Shown: positions 37,801 through 50,094 of the stretch, piece after piece
Numbering within the stretch: position 1 is the first letter of the stretch
Layout: each line of letters starts with the position of its first letter
Source: Tubiluchus corallicola
Lineage: Eukaryota; Animalia; Priapulida
Direction of reading: 5' to 3'
NCBI GenBank assembly: GCA_030141605.1
Contig: JAQGDQ010000655.1
Location: forward strand, 54,110 to 118,109
DNA length: 64,000 nt
Program-made: the position numbers and the translations under genes
Notes under the pieces: model-generated
Databases searched by the model: none
Seen by the model: only the letters and a program-made list of their open reading frames with translations
Told to the model about the DNA's origin: nothing

Positions 37801-40800
37801 TGGAAATTTTTCATACCAAAGCACGGTAACACATTTACTACGCAGTCTGGTTGCTATAGCAACAGGCTGTAGGTAGAATTCCTTTGCACAAAGTTTGTTC
37901 ACTGGCCTCGCTTGATAGAAACGTCAGCTACTTTAGTAGTCAGTCGGAAGCAAAAATGTGTATATTAATTGCACTGTTTATGTTACTAAATCACTTTTAA
38001 AACAGAGTAATGCAATTCTTGCCATTTTAATGCTTCAAATTAAGTAAAAAAGTTATTGAGAAAATGAAAATTGAGCTTTAGCAAAGTAAAAAATCGTCGT
38101 TGAAATGAAACTCGCGTCGTTAAGTGAAAAAAGGTGTCAAATGTTCAGAGTCGCTAAAACAAAACGTCGCTAAAAGGGGGAGTCGTTAAGCGAGGACTAA
38201 TTGTCCTTTTTTTAAATTGTTGACTAAAGATAACAAATTGTTTAGGTTGCGCAGCACTATGTGTGGCCATACTAGCTGACAAGGGACTTCTTTCTTACGA
38301 CGACTTAGTCACCAAATACTGGCCTGAGTTTGGTAAGCACGGTAAAGAAGATGTGACCATCAAAATGCTAGTTTCGCATCAGGTATGTAATCAAGAAGCG
38401 AATTTTATTTACTTTAATTAAGTATGCAAAGTATGTAAATGCAAACATATTTAAATAGCTTCAGGAGTACATGTAGTGGGTGTAGTTGTGCACATTTTGT
38501 AAAGTTTTAGTTTCAAGTCAGGTATGAGTCACGATTTTTCACATATACCTTTTTTGCACTAAATTGCATTAACAAATATTGTTTTGGGATAAAATATCAC
38601 CTAGAGAATCTTTATTTTTCTTCTGAAAGTTATCACAAAATAACAGTTCCCTAGACTTACAAGTTGATATGTATGTTTTCTTATTTTATGTATGTTGTTT
38701 TTTTCATTGAATTTGTATCCTCTATCATATTATTTCTGATCACTGTACAACTACAGTATATGTGTGTTTCCATAGCAAAATCGTCCATAAGTCACAGTTA
38801 AGTTTTTCTAGTTATTTACATATCCTGAATCTCCGCTTCATAAGGATCATTTTGATACCAAGCTCATCACTCTATGTTATTTCTAAGCTGAGATAATCCA
38901 CGTTGAAGTTGAGGTGCAGGCTGTGCATTGAAAAACATAATCTTGAAAAATTCGCTGTTAAAGTCAGCCATTGTTTTTTGTTGTGTTTCTACAAAACACT
39001 TAGCAATCGTACGAAAGTGTGGTTGCTATGAACTTTGCAAGAACACATTGAAATTGTGTTTAAATCCAGTAGATGACTCTTCCTGACAAAGATCTGGTTC
39101 CTGACAACAGAAACAAAATAACCGATTTCACGAGCTACTATCGGAGTTTGAAAACACAATTTTTTTTTACAATTGCAGTACTAGTTTCTATTCAGAAAAA
39201 TGGGCACGGGGCTATTACATTAAATTTTTAGTATTTTTTGGACATTTCTCGATAATTTGATGCTAGAATATAAAATTCCAATATATTTACCGTTTGTTTT
39301 TATAAAAAACCAAAAAAATTAACATTTGACCAATTTTTGGTGCATTGTTCTCTGAAGCATCATAACTTAGTTTTGACTATGCCGACTTATGGGCAGTTTT
39401 GGTTTGCAAGCACGCATATTATAAAGCTTAATACTAAAATAACGGCTCAATGTACTGAACCGTACAGTCGCCCATGCATTTGGAATTCTTTTGCTGCATC
39501 TTTACGTAGTGCTGTTATTGTCCATCTATGTGGCATAAAACGATTCTTATCCTTGTATTAGTGATGGGCGATTAATAGATTAATAATTGCATCAGCTAGT
39601 GAAGAGTAATTTAATTAATCGAGAGCAAAATGTACGAGTTACACACTGACTAAAAGGCAGTGTTTTAGCACAAATAAACTGAATAATAAAATGAGCAGGT
39701 AGCCGTGTCCGTATTGGTGATGGGCGATTAATAGATTAATCAAATTAATCGAGATTACTACCATGTATAAATTGCATCAGCTACTGAAGAGTAATTTAAT
39801 TATTTGAAACAAAATGTATGGGTTACACACTGATTAAAAGGCAGTGTTTTAGCACAAATAAACTGAATTCTTGCATTTTGTCTACCTGCTTTCTTACCTT
39901 ACACAGTGCAATGCACACAACTGTAAACCAACGAAAGCCATGAAGAACTTTATGGACTATATTTCAGTGCAGCAATGTTTGAAAAATGTGGCTGATACAC
40001 TAAAAAATTATCGCAAAAGATTAATCTTGATATAAGATCGTAATCGAATTAGAAATTTTCAAAATCGCCTATCACCATTTTGTATTATTGTACTATACCT
40101 TGTTATTTTTGTCTTAATTTTTTTAATATTATTATAATCTATTTTTCTAATTATTATTAAAATTTTATGCCCAATAAAGAAAAAGATCAACAATGTACTT
40201 GAGGAATACAGTCGTGATGCTAGTCTCATTGGCAAACCCCTGCGATTGGTACTCCTCCACTCTCTTCCCCCTGCCGACCCCACCCCACTCAGTAACCATG
40301 AAAGCTGTGAATGATAACAGTATCAAGAAAATAAGTTTTCTTTGCTCGAAATTAAATTTTCTTTTTCGTGGATTTGACGGTTTCTCTCTATTCGTTTCGG
40401 GTTCTTTCGGACAGGGGGCTTGATAATTTCTGCTATAATTTCATTTTAATTATAAAAATTTTCAGGCTGGACTGGCCCAGTTCGACGAGGATATCACAAT
40501 GGACTTGATCAGAGATCGGGAGAGAATGGGTTCCGTTATAGAGGATCAGGTTCCTCTCTGGATCCCGGGCATTTCACACGGATATCACGCGATGACGTAC
40601 GGGATGTTGATAGATCAGTTGCTGCTACGTGTTGATCCGAAGAAACGGACTGTTGGGGAGTTTTTTAAGGACGAAGTTGCTGAACCCTTTGGTAGGACTG
40701 TATGTTTACTTTTAGGACTTTGTTGTTTGTTTGTTGGTTTTTACTTGTTTATTTACTTGTATGTTTTGTTTGTCTCATATTGTTTGTTTGTTTGTTTTGC

Positions 40801-43800
40801 TGCGTTAAGCAATTTTTTAAAGACAAAGTTGCCGAACCCCTTGGTGAATGAAACTGCATGTTTATTGTTTAGGGCTTTGTTGTTTGTTTGTTGTTTTTTT
40901 CTTGTTTATTTACTTGTGTGTTTTTGTTTGTCTCATATTGTTTTTTTTTGTTTTGCTGTGTTAAACAGTTTTTTAAAGACAAAGTTGCTGAACCCTTTGG
41001 TAGGACTGCATGTTTATTATTTAGGGCTTTGTTGTTTGTTTGTTGGTTTTTTCTTGTTTATTTAATTGTGTGTCGTTTGTTTGTCTCATATTGCTTGTTT
41101 GTTTTGGTATGTTAAGCAGTTTTTTAAAGACAAAGTTGCTTCACGACCCCTCCTTACTGGTTCCCAAATGCTATTTGTTTATAGTATTCGACTTTGTTCC
41201 TTTCCGTTAACCTACCGTTATTCACCACCCAATTGTAACAATTGCTACAAAAAAACAGTTTGATCACAATTTTGTTTCTCTTACGTCCTATAGGTATCGA
41301 GTTTTACATTGGACTACCGAGAGAGCTGAATCATCGAGTTGCACGCGTCTGCGGCGGAGGAACGTCGTTCGGGGGCTATGCACATCTTGCAAAAAGCGGT
41401 TTTAAACTGCTGTGGTCTTCAAGGAAAAATTCCACGCCGTACAAGTGCATGTGGCGCACGAATCCTCCATTTATGAAAAACGTAAGTGTTCAAAATGCTA
41501 CTGAGCAGTATTTATGCGAACTCACATATGTATCCTTGCACAGCAAAATCGTCCATCAGTCGGCAATTAAGCTTTTCTAATTATTCACATATCCTGAATC
41601 TCCATTTCATGAGGATCATTTTGATACCAAGTTCATTGCTCTACGTTATTTCTAAGCTGATATAATCCATATTGAAGTTGAGGTGCAGGCTGTGCACTGA
41701 AAGACATAATCTTGAGAAAAATGTGGTTAAAGTCAGCCATCGTTTTTGTCGCATCTCTACAAAACACTTAACTACTGTGCGAAAGTGTGGTTGCTAAAAG
41801 TCCAATATATTTAGCATAAAAATTTTGTTTTCATAAAAAATGTGAAATCGACATTTGACCAAATTTTTGGTGCTTTCTACTTTGAAGCATCATAAAGTAG
41901 TTTTAACTTTGCCGAGTTATGGACGGTTTTGGTTTGCAAGTACACATAATCTTAGAGATACTTATTTTGCCACCATTCTTCAGGAATAATTTTGATTGTC
42001 CAATATTAAGAAAAATTCCAAACCACTGATAGGCTAAAATGCAAGTCTTATATTTTGCACAATCTTTTTAAACAGCCTTAGCACAGCAACTCAAGCCATT
42101 TTTGACTGGTTAATCGCTGCTTAATTCGGTTAAATACGCCTGGTACTGCTGGTTGGGTTCAACAGTAATTCAGGCACGCCATTGGTCAAAATGTACCATT
42201 ATTTACTGTAGCGAAGCAGCTTAACTTCTGTACAAGTGCAGGTCAAGTTGCTGCAGTTAAATTGTAAGTTGAAACATTTTTTGCTCTGTGTACCCAGTGT
42301 TCAATTGAAATATGAATCTACTGTATTGGACATAATCTGATAGGCTGCCTCTTCGTGGTACAGACAGGTCATAGTTACTCAGACACAGACTATAAATAAT
42401 ATTAAATAAACATATATTCGCAAACGTAGAAAGAAATGAGAACACTAATTACTTGCATAAAATAGAAGAAAATGCTATCAATAGAGCTTAAAAAAGGTCT
42501 TGTATCACTTACATGCTGTCTTATTGTATGCAGAGCTTGTATTATCAGTAACAATGTATAAAACTTAAAAATTTAAAGTCCCGCGGTGACATTAGGCCAC
42601 TGCCATTTTGACGGTAAGTCATATGATACAAACTTAGATAACAATGCATAAAGTTTGAAAAAATATTCAGAGCATTTGTAGCCCACTCTTCGCTAACTAG
42701 GCAAAAGTTTGAATTGCTTTATATTGTCAATAAAATCAATAATGTGTTTTTGGTGATTCAGCAGTGTACACTGGGATGCAATTGCAGTGCCATTTTACCA
42801 AGTGGCACGAACATTTTAGCTTATTAAAAATTTTCTTTTTCGTTCACGTAAGTCTTTCATGCAGGTAAGTGTAATGCTAAGTAATATAACCTTGTATGGG
42901 AAGTTTTTTGGGACATGCTTTAAATTTACTTTTCCTCCTCTTTAGCACTGATAGCACTGTAACCTTCCTTTTGTTTCAGAGAAGGTAACAGTCTGCTTAA
43001 GCATCATTTGCAAACCAGATTTGCATAATTTCAAAGAGAATTTGCATTTGATAACGTGCCAAGCCTTGAAGGAAAACTGGACCCAATCTTAAACTGTAGG
43101 TCAAAACAACCTGCTCTTAAAAATATTGAAAGGAAACATACAATTTTTTTCAAAAATGACTTACGTGAAAGAATTATTACACACAAACACAATTTCATGA
43201 TCGTGCCAGTAGTTCTTCACTGTTACATGCATTTCGCCATTCGCTAATTAGACGGGCACCAGCGCCCGCATTTCAGAAATGTGTTGCACGAAAAACAGAT
43301 AATGTATCTCAGAGTTCTGATACGTTAGTTTGTGATGAATTACACACATTCGACAGCTCGTGGGTGAGTACAGAGGTGAATTTGTTATTTGAATTTTTAT
43401 CTTAAAACTTGCCAAGTTTTAGTAAAACACGCTGAATATCTTACAGTAGCACTGTACTTCAATTTTCGCTTTCGTAAACATGTGGAGCACGCTTATGGAA
43501 TATTTTTGCTTGTGAAAATTATGTTTGTCTGTAATGTCATCAATTGTTGGGCTCGCCTGACGTTAATTAAGATATTAATTCATTATTTAATTATCAGAAA
43601 TACTTTTACAGCATTATTGGTGTTAAAATGTATATTTTTAATGTATTGGGCTTGAGAATGAGGTTGTAGAAGAAAAATCATCCTGTCTTCTTTCAAATAA
43701 CAATGAGTGAAAGGAACATGAGATGTGAGATGACTTCCGCAAGTAAAGTTTTACAACTTTGATTGTTAAACAGCAGGGAAATGTTAACAAAACTTATTTT

Positions 43801-46800
43801 ATATCCTAGTTTACTCTCTCTGTTTAGCGCTGACAGTGTCATTTTTAGATTGACTCTGCGTGTGTGTGTGTGTGTAAAGGTTTCATAGCCATGCAGGTGG
43901 TGCTGGGTTCAATCTCAGGTTCGTGATCCGCAAACTGAGCATGAAGAGACAACTTATGAAATTTTTGTCAAATATTAAACTCATGTTGAATATCATGTCG
44001 TAAACATGCAAAACAATAATAATCCAAACATCTAAACATTACTGTACCAAAATATTTTGACCAATGGCATGTCTGGCTTACTGTTACGATGCTTAACCAA
44101 CAGAAATTCATTACAGCTGTTATGTTTCAGCGTGTGACAATTAACCAATCAAAACTGATTCAAGTTGTTATAAATGTTGTTCAATAAATGTCTGTCTTAT
44201 GTCTTTTATTATTTTATTTGCACAGTTTATAGTACATAGAACAAAAAATTTAAAATAATTAATATAAAAACTGAAGAACATCCTAAATAATATTACATAA
44301 AGACGTGGTTATAAAACTTGATTACAGTTAAAAGAAAATAAAATACATTGTTACTAACGACTATTTATAAGTAATTCTTTTTAAATATTTCAAATTTTGT
44401 AATTTTACTTAATTTGGTTTTGATTACACATTGATTGTTTGCTTGCCCTGACTATAAATCATCTTGTGCCAGTATTAGATTTTGCAGTAGGAATAATTTG
44501 TAAATATGAACTGTCTAGTGGTCCGAGAGGTCGTATTACAATTGAACTTTAGCTGATTATGGATGTAAGTTGGTTGTTTAGCGGTCAGTATTTTGTGGAG
44601 CAAGCAAACATCAGCTAATTCTTTAACAAATAAAAGTTTCTAATTTATAATTGTGTCAGATATGTGGTCATATTTTTGCTAGTTTGTCATGACCCTGCGA
44701 AGTTTATAATCAGTGCTATCTGCAAAATTATATCTTGTATTTTAACCCATTAGAAGTGTGGAATTTTTCATAATAGTGGACGCTTTGTAGCTGATTAGCT
44801 GCTCCAACTAGTTCTAATACGTGTGCTTGCAAACCAAAACCGTTCACAAGTTGGCACATGATGCTTCAAAGTAGAATAAACCAAAAAGTGGGCCAAATGT
44901 TTTATAGAAACAAACGCTAAATACATTGGACTTTATTGTAACATTAATTTTCATATACAATTTGCTTTATAGTTTTAATTTCGTTTTTTGTACTAAAGTT
45001 TAGTTTACGTTTAGATCATTGTATTTTTTGTAGTCAGGCTGCTGGAATAATCCGGAAATACGGGAAGTAGAACTCGCATCTGCAAACGGTATTGGCACGG
45101 CGCGCGATCTGGCTAAGCTCTACAGCATTTTGGCTACCGGTGGAAAACAGGGGGAGAGAACGCTTTTGTCAGAAGAGACTTTAAACATCGTAAGCATGAA
45201 GAAATATAATTTAAACATCAAGCATTTTTCTATTTAATTCAATTCAATTCAATCCTTTTTTTGGCTGATTTGCAACACAAAAGATTAAACTATATACATA
45301 CTGATAATAACAATGCAATAATAAACACAGGTACAGTTTGGAAATTGTACAAATTAGCCTCGAGCAGAGTAGGAGTGTGAGCTTTCAAGACTCACCACTA
45401 GACGGCGCAGACAGGGAAATACATACAAAATAGCTCAAAGTTAAAACATATGGAGCTATAAAAACAATGTTTATAAATGAGTTTCTCTAGTTGTTTTTAG
45501 TTTTAATTTTATGCACAGTAGTTTATAGTTTGCACCGAACTCACTTGCCTTTAGCAGTGTTTTAATAATTATTAATTAGTTTTAACACTGACGATTGTGA
45601 TTTTATTGTAATTCATTTTATGGCAAGTAAAGTATTATTACATGTGAGCTTGCAAACCAAGATCGTCCACAAGTCGGCATAGTTAAAACTACATTGTGAT
45701 CCTTCAAAGTAGAAAGCACCAAAATATGGTCAGATATCATTTTTTGTTTTTCGTAAAACAAATGCTGTATATATTGGACTTTTATATTCTATCATCAAAT
45801 TATCAAGAAATTGTTAAAAAATACTAAAAATTTAATTTTATAATCCTGTACCCTCTTCGTTGGCTAGAAACTAATATTGCAATTGTAAAGAACTCGTATT
45901 TTCAAACTCCAGTAATTGCTCATGGAAGCAATCATTTTGCTTGGGTTTTTTGTGTTGCCAAGCCCAGATCTTCATCAAGAAAAGCCATCTACAGGATTTA
46001 AACAGAACCTCAATGTGCTCTTGCAAAGTCCATAGTAACCAACGTTAGGTTTTGTAGAAATGCAGCAAAAACCAATGGCTGACTCTTAACAGCGAACAGC
46101 GATTTTCTCAAAGTTGTGTTCTTCAGTGCGTAGCCTGCACCTCAACTTCAACGTGGATTATCTCAGCTTAAAAATAACATAGAGTGATGAACTTGGTGTT
46201 AAACGATCCTCATGGAATGGAGATTCAGGATATGTGAATAACTAGAAAAGCTTAATTGCCAACTTACGGACGATTTTGCTATGCAGGCACACATATATTT
46301 ATGATTGGTAACTGGCTGATTATTTCTTCTAATCAGTTGCTGGTTAATCGATCATATCAGTAAATTGCACAATTGGTACACCTCTAATTGAAAGTTTATT
46401 TTAATGAGAGCTACTTAATTTTTCTGAGTGAAAATTATTGCTTTTGTAGCAAGCAACACGTAGAGGAACTAACTGTTATTTGTGTTAGTTTATGCATCAT
46501 GATTCGTTTGCAGAATAATTCCAAATATTTGTAAATTCCAAATCACTTATTCTCATTAAGCGTAAAAAGTTGAAATTATTTATGAATGTTAATGAATATG
46601 TTCACTTGTTTGCAGATACAAGAGCAAGCCACATCGGGCAAAGATGTCGCGTACGGTGATCTTTTTGAATCGCAGTTCACGACCGGTGGATTTTTTACGG
46701 GTTCTGGATTTAACGCACTCGATGTAAGTATATGCATATTTCGTTTTGGCGGACCTAACTTTTACGTATATCGGAACAATCGGACAAAATCTGGACCGTT

Positions 46801-48231
46801 AAAAAGTCCTGCATACTACAAACACGTTGTTTCGCGAGCTGACCGCTGACTGGACGTCACTTGGCTTGCATCATTACACCAATGTAAGCACATGTATATC
46901 TCTATATATAAAAATAAAGAGTCAATTATGCTGAGTTATATGAGTCAATTGCCGACAGTTTTCATATACTTTCGCATAGGAGCAGCCCGTACTAGACGTT
47001 TTTGAGACAATTAGGCTCTATGTTTCAGTGAGTCTAATACATGGCACTACTGTATTAACTTAGTATCGGTAAATATGGACAATTGGTAAATTTCTACTGA
47101 TGTCTCCCTACTTTTGTCTGGCAAATCGACATATGAGTGTAATCCCGATTTTCAGTAAGTAAAAATTCACAAGTTATTCTGCAGTTAGCCTGTTTTTTAC
47201 AAACTTTGCATGGGTTACAATTGCTCAAACGCGAAGCATTCAAACGCATACATGTTTGAGTGGTGCCGGTCCAAAATATTTGCGTCTTTTATAAAGCATT
47301 TTCGTGGCGTGTTAAGCTGTGCTTGGCAGAATTCTTGTTGGTAGCTGAGCTGAGACTCATCAGTGCTTGCTACTTGTTGGTAGCTGTGCTGAGACTCATC
47401 AGTTCTTGCTACTTGTTGGTAGCTGTGCTGAGACTCATCAGTTGTTGCTACTTGTTGGTAGCTGTGCTGAGACTCATCAGTTCTTGCTACTTGTTGGTAG
47501 CAGGCTTTTATACCAAGATCCTTTCTGGACTTTTTCGTTTTGAATAAATTTGTGAAGTGCTTCATGGTGTTTTGTACAGTAAATAAAGCATTCTTCGCGG
47601 GGTATCAATAGATTTTTCTCAAGTAGATAAATTATCGTAATATTTGAACAAAAACAGCCGACATGTTGAAATAGCTAAAAACGTACAACTGCAATAATGT
47701 TATTTGTGCAAATGATGAATATGGATTTTTTTGTGCGCTAATTATATTTGCAAAAAATTGTATAAGATTTCACACAGCTGCAAGCCATAGATTAGCTCAA
47801 GCTGGTACAATAGGTTGCCATGGTGTTCATAGCACACTGTATCCATTGTCCTGCTGTATCTTCTAATAACAAGACTGGGCTAAAGCAAAGTTGATGTTGC
47901 TATGGTGACTAAGCGAGTTTTTTCTGCCATCTAGGGGCGAGTCAAAAAAGCATTAGAAGCGAGTAACTTCACTACTAGCAGTTTTACGTTTACGAACATT
48001 TTACGTATTTTTTAGGGAAGTCCCATGTTCGGATCTCCAGGATTCGGTTTGCAAGGAGCGTTTGCCAATCCGAAGAACCAACTGTCCGTTGCTTATGCCA
48101 CAAACGGCATTTCGCTAGACATGACGGACAAGCGATTCTTGTCGCTTATTCAGGCCACGTGTCGGTGCATAGAAAGGCTTGAATCAGAAATGGTGTCTTC
48201 AGAGATAGTGGCAACAAAACAAGTGCAATAG
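33477..48231 (+). CDS. Serine beta-lactamase domain protein, copy B; 8 coding exons, ~428 aa
   Basis: Motifs [59 protein letters not shown]; exons sum to 1287 nt, in frame. Confidence 0.92.
34525..34889 (+). mobile_element. tRNA-derived SINE, copy 2
   Basis: Same head, body and a longer (ATT)n tail. Confidence 0.85.
35607..35764 (+). CDS. Lactamase copy B exon 2
   Basis: [37 protein letters not shown]. Confidence 0.92.
37478..38203. mobile_element. pogo/Tigger-like MITE
   Basis: Imperfect TIR CAAT(A/T)AGTCCT(A/C)GCTTAA(T/C)GA with subterminal CGTTAAG repeats. Confidence 0.6.
38246..38382 (+). CDS. Lactamase copy B exon 3
   Basis: [45 protein letters not shown]. Confidence 0.92.
38757..39420 (+). 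mobile_element. TIR element family B, full copy
   Basis: Colinear with the copies at 30.3 and 48.3 kb. Confidence 0.8.
39556..40078. mobile_element. TIR element with tandemly duplicated left end
   Basis: GTGATGGGCGATTAATAG at ~39561 and ~39717; inverted end AATCGCCTATCAC at ~40063. Confidence 0.55.
40466..40691 (+). CDS. Lactamase copy B exon 4
   Basis: [36 protein letters not shown]. Confidence 0.92.
40660..41140 (+). repeat. ~155-bp tandem repeat (3+ units) that begins inside lactamase B exon 4
   Basis: TTTTTTAA.GAC.AAGTTGC.GAACCC.TTGGT recurs at ~40661, 40813, 40969 and partially at 41120. Confidence 0.9.
41294..41481 (+). CDS. Lactamase copy B exon 5
   Basis: [18 protein letters not shown]; donor gtaagt. 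Confidence 0.9.
41525..41950 (+). mobile_element. TIR element family B, internally deleted copy
   Basis: Both ends present, middle missing. Confidence 0.78.
45034..45189 (+). CDS. Lactamase copy B exon 6
   Basis: [34 protein letters not shown]. Confidence 0.9.
45640..46297 (-). mobile_element. TIR element family B, full copy, reverse orientation
   Basis: Reverse complement of the 38757-39420 copy. Confidence 0.8.
46616..46723 (+). CDS. Lactamase copy B exon 7
   Basis: [29 protein letters not shown]; donor gtaagt. Confidence 0.88.
47333..47501. repeat. 39-bp minisatellite, ~4.3 copies
   Basis: Unit CTTGTTGGTAGCTGTGCTGAGACTCATCAGTTCTTGCTA. Confidence 0.95.
48016..48231 (+). CDS. Lactamase copy B exon 8 (terminal)
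   Basis: [32 protein letters not shown]. Confidence 0.9.
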   Translation, partial: GSPMFGSPGFGLQGAFANPKNQLSVAYATNGISLDMTDKRFLSLIQATCRCIERLESEMVSSEIVATKQVQ

Positions 48232-48285
48232 CTCCAATAGTAATTACTGTTAGGCAGTCAGTAATTTAGGGGAATATTTGATAAT

Positions 48286-48945
48286 TATGTGCTTGCGTAG
48301 CAAAATCGTCCAAAAGTCTCAAATAAGCTTTTCTGGTTATTCAGATATCCTGAATCTCCATTTCATGAGGATCATTTTGATACCAAGTTCATCACTGTGT
48401 GTTATTTCTAAGCTGAGATAATCCATGTTGAAGTTGAGGTGCAGGCTATGCACTGAAAAACATATTGAGAAAATCACTGTTAAAGTTAGCCATTGTTTTT
48501 GTCGAGTCTCTACAAAACACTTAGCAACCGCACAAATGTTGGTTGCTATGGATTGTACAAGAGCAAATTGGAGTTATGTTTAAATCCAGTAGATGGCTCT
48601 TCCTGACGAAGATCTGGTCTTGTCAACCGAAAAAACCCTAAGCAAAATGGCTGCTTTCTCGACCTGCAATCGGAGGTTGGAAAATGTATTTTTTTACAAT
48701 TGCAGTACTAGTTTCTAGACGGAAAAGTGGGTAAGCAGTTATAAAATTAGATTTTTAGTATTTTTTGGACATTTTCCTAATAATTTGATGCTAGAATATA
48801 AAAGTCCAATATATTTAGCATTAGTTATTATAAAAAACAAAAAATTGGTATTTGACCAAATTTTTGGTGCTTTCTACTTTGAAGCATCATAACTTAGTTT
48901 TATCTATGCTGACATATGGACAGTTTTGGTTTACAAGCACACAAT
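48286..48945 (+). mobile_element. TIR element family B, full copy just 3' of the copy B stop codon
   Basis: Colinear with the other copies. Confidence 0.8.
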
Positions 48946-50094
48946 TAGCATAAGGCGACATTTTTAGAAAGAAAATTGATTGGTTAAGTTCAGTTATGCA
49001 GTATCAGCTTTTGTCTTGTTATGGAAGGCGATGAATTAACTTAAAATATCATTTAGCCGTCCATTCGTTGACTAAACACATTTTAGTTTTCGGTCCTTGA
49101 ACATCCTTAAATGTCAGGTTACCAGCTCTAGTGTGTTGCATACAAAAAAGCAGACCCATAAAATTTTGCGTACAATCTCGAATTATAAAAGAATTTCTGG
49201 AGTTACAAAACTTACTAATAGATGACGCAACTAACAAATGATGGCTTCCTCATTTGTGCGAGCTAGTTTTCTATCGTTTTGTTGTAAATATAGATATTCA
49301 AAAAGGTTTACAAGGCATTTTCGTGAAAAAGTTTTAAGTATGGAAAAAATTAGCAATAATAAATAAAATGTTTGTAGCTCAGGAGAATAACTGTAAATAA
49401 AGAGAAAATTGAGGAAGAATCAATGATATTTTTTTAGGCTATTTGTGTTTATGCTAATTGTGCTTATGGTGTTATTGCTATAAAAGTATTATAATTTACG
49501 ATGCTTGGTTATTTTTCGAAGTCAATTTTTGACTTGACGTAGCCCAAAGAGTGTTATTTCTTAGAAAGGAGTTAAGTAGCGATTTTTATTAATTTAGAAG
49601 AAAGGTTGTAATTATTTTTGTCGATACGTGAATGTCAAATATGTTTAAAGCAAATTGATGGTAGATTAGATTTATAGAAAAAATTTTATTTTTTATAATC
49701 GGATTAGTATGTATGGACACTAGTGCAAATGTAGTGAAAAAATATTTCCAACCTTAAGTGTTTGTAATATAATAGTTTAATTATTGTTAATTGATAATTT
49801 ATTTTAATTTATAACGAGTTTAAATGAATTCATTATTATTTAAGGTGAATTTGCCATTTTTGTTATTTAGGCGTTCACCTTGCAGTACCTGTAATTTGTA
49901 TAAAATTATCGTGCTAATTATTAAGATTTGTTTTATTGTATTTAGTTTTATAATGTGCAGAACAAATTAAAATTATTTAGAATTTAAATGCAGTATTGGA
50001 TTTTTGTAACTTAAGCAGGCCGTGTTGCAATGTTATTTTCAATTCAGTAGGTGTCGTTTTTGCCAAACGTAGTTCTGGTATTGTTCACACGTGT

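Noticed and set aside
40692-41263. Hydrophobic ORF extensions after lactamase B exon 4
   Set aside because: Intronic T/G-rich tandem repeat; the homologous protein resumes at 41294 after splicing
16954-48231. Bacterial antibiotic-resistance genes, contamination or recent horizontal transfer
   Set aside because: Genes have 6-7 spliceosomal introns at shared positions, and animal lact-type homologues are known; ancient origin cannot be judged without a phylogeny
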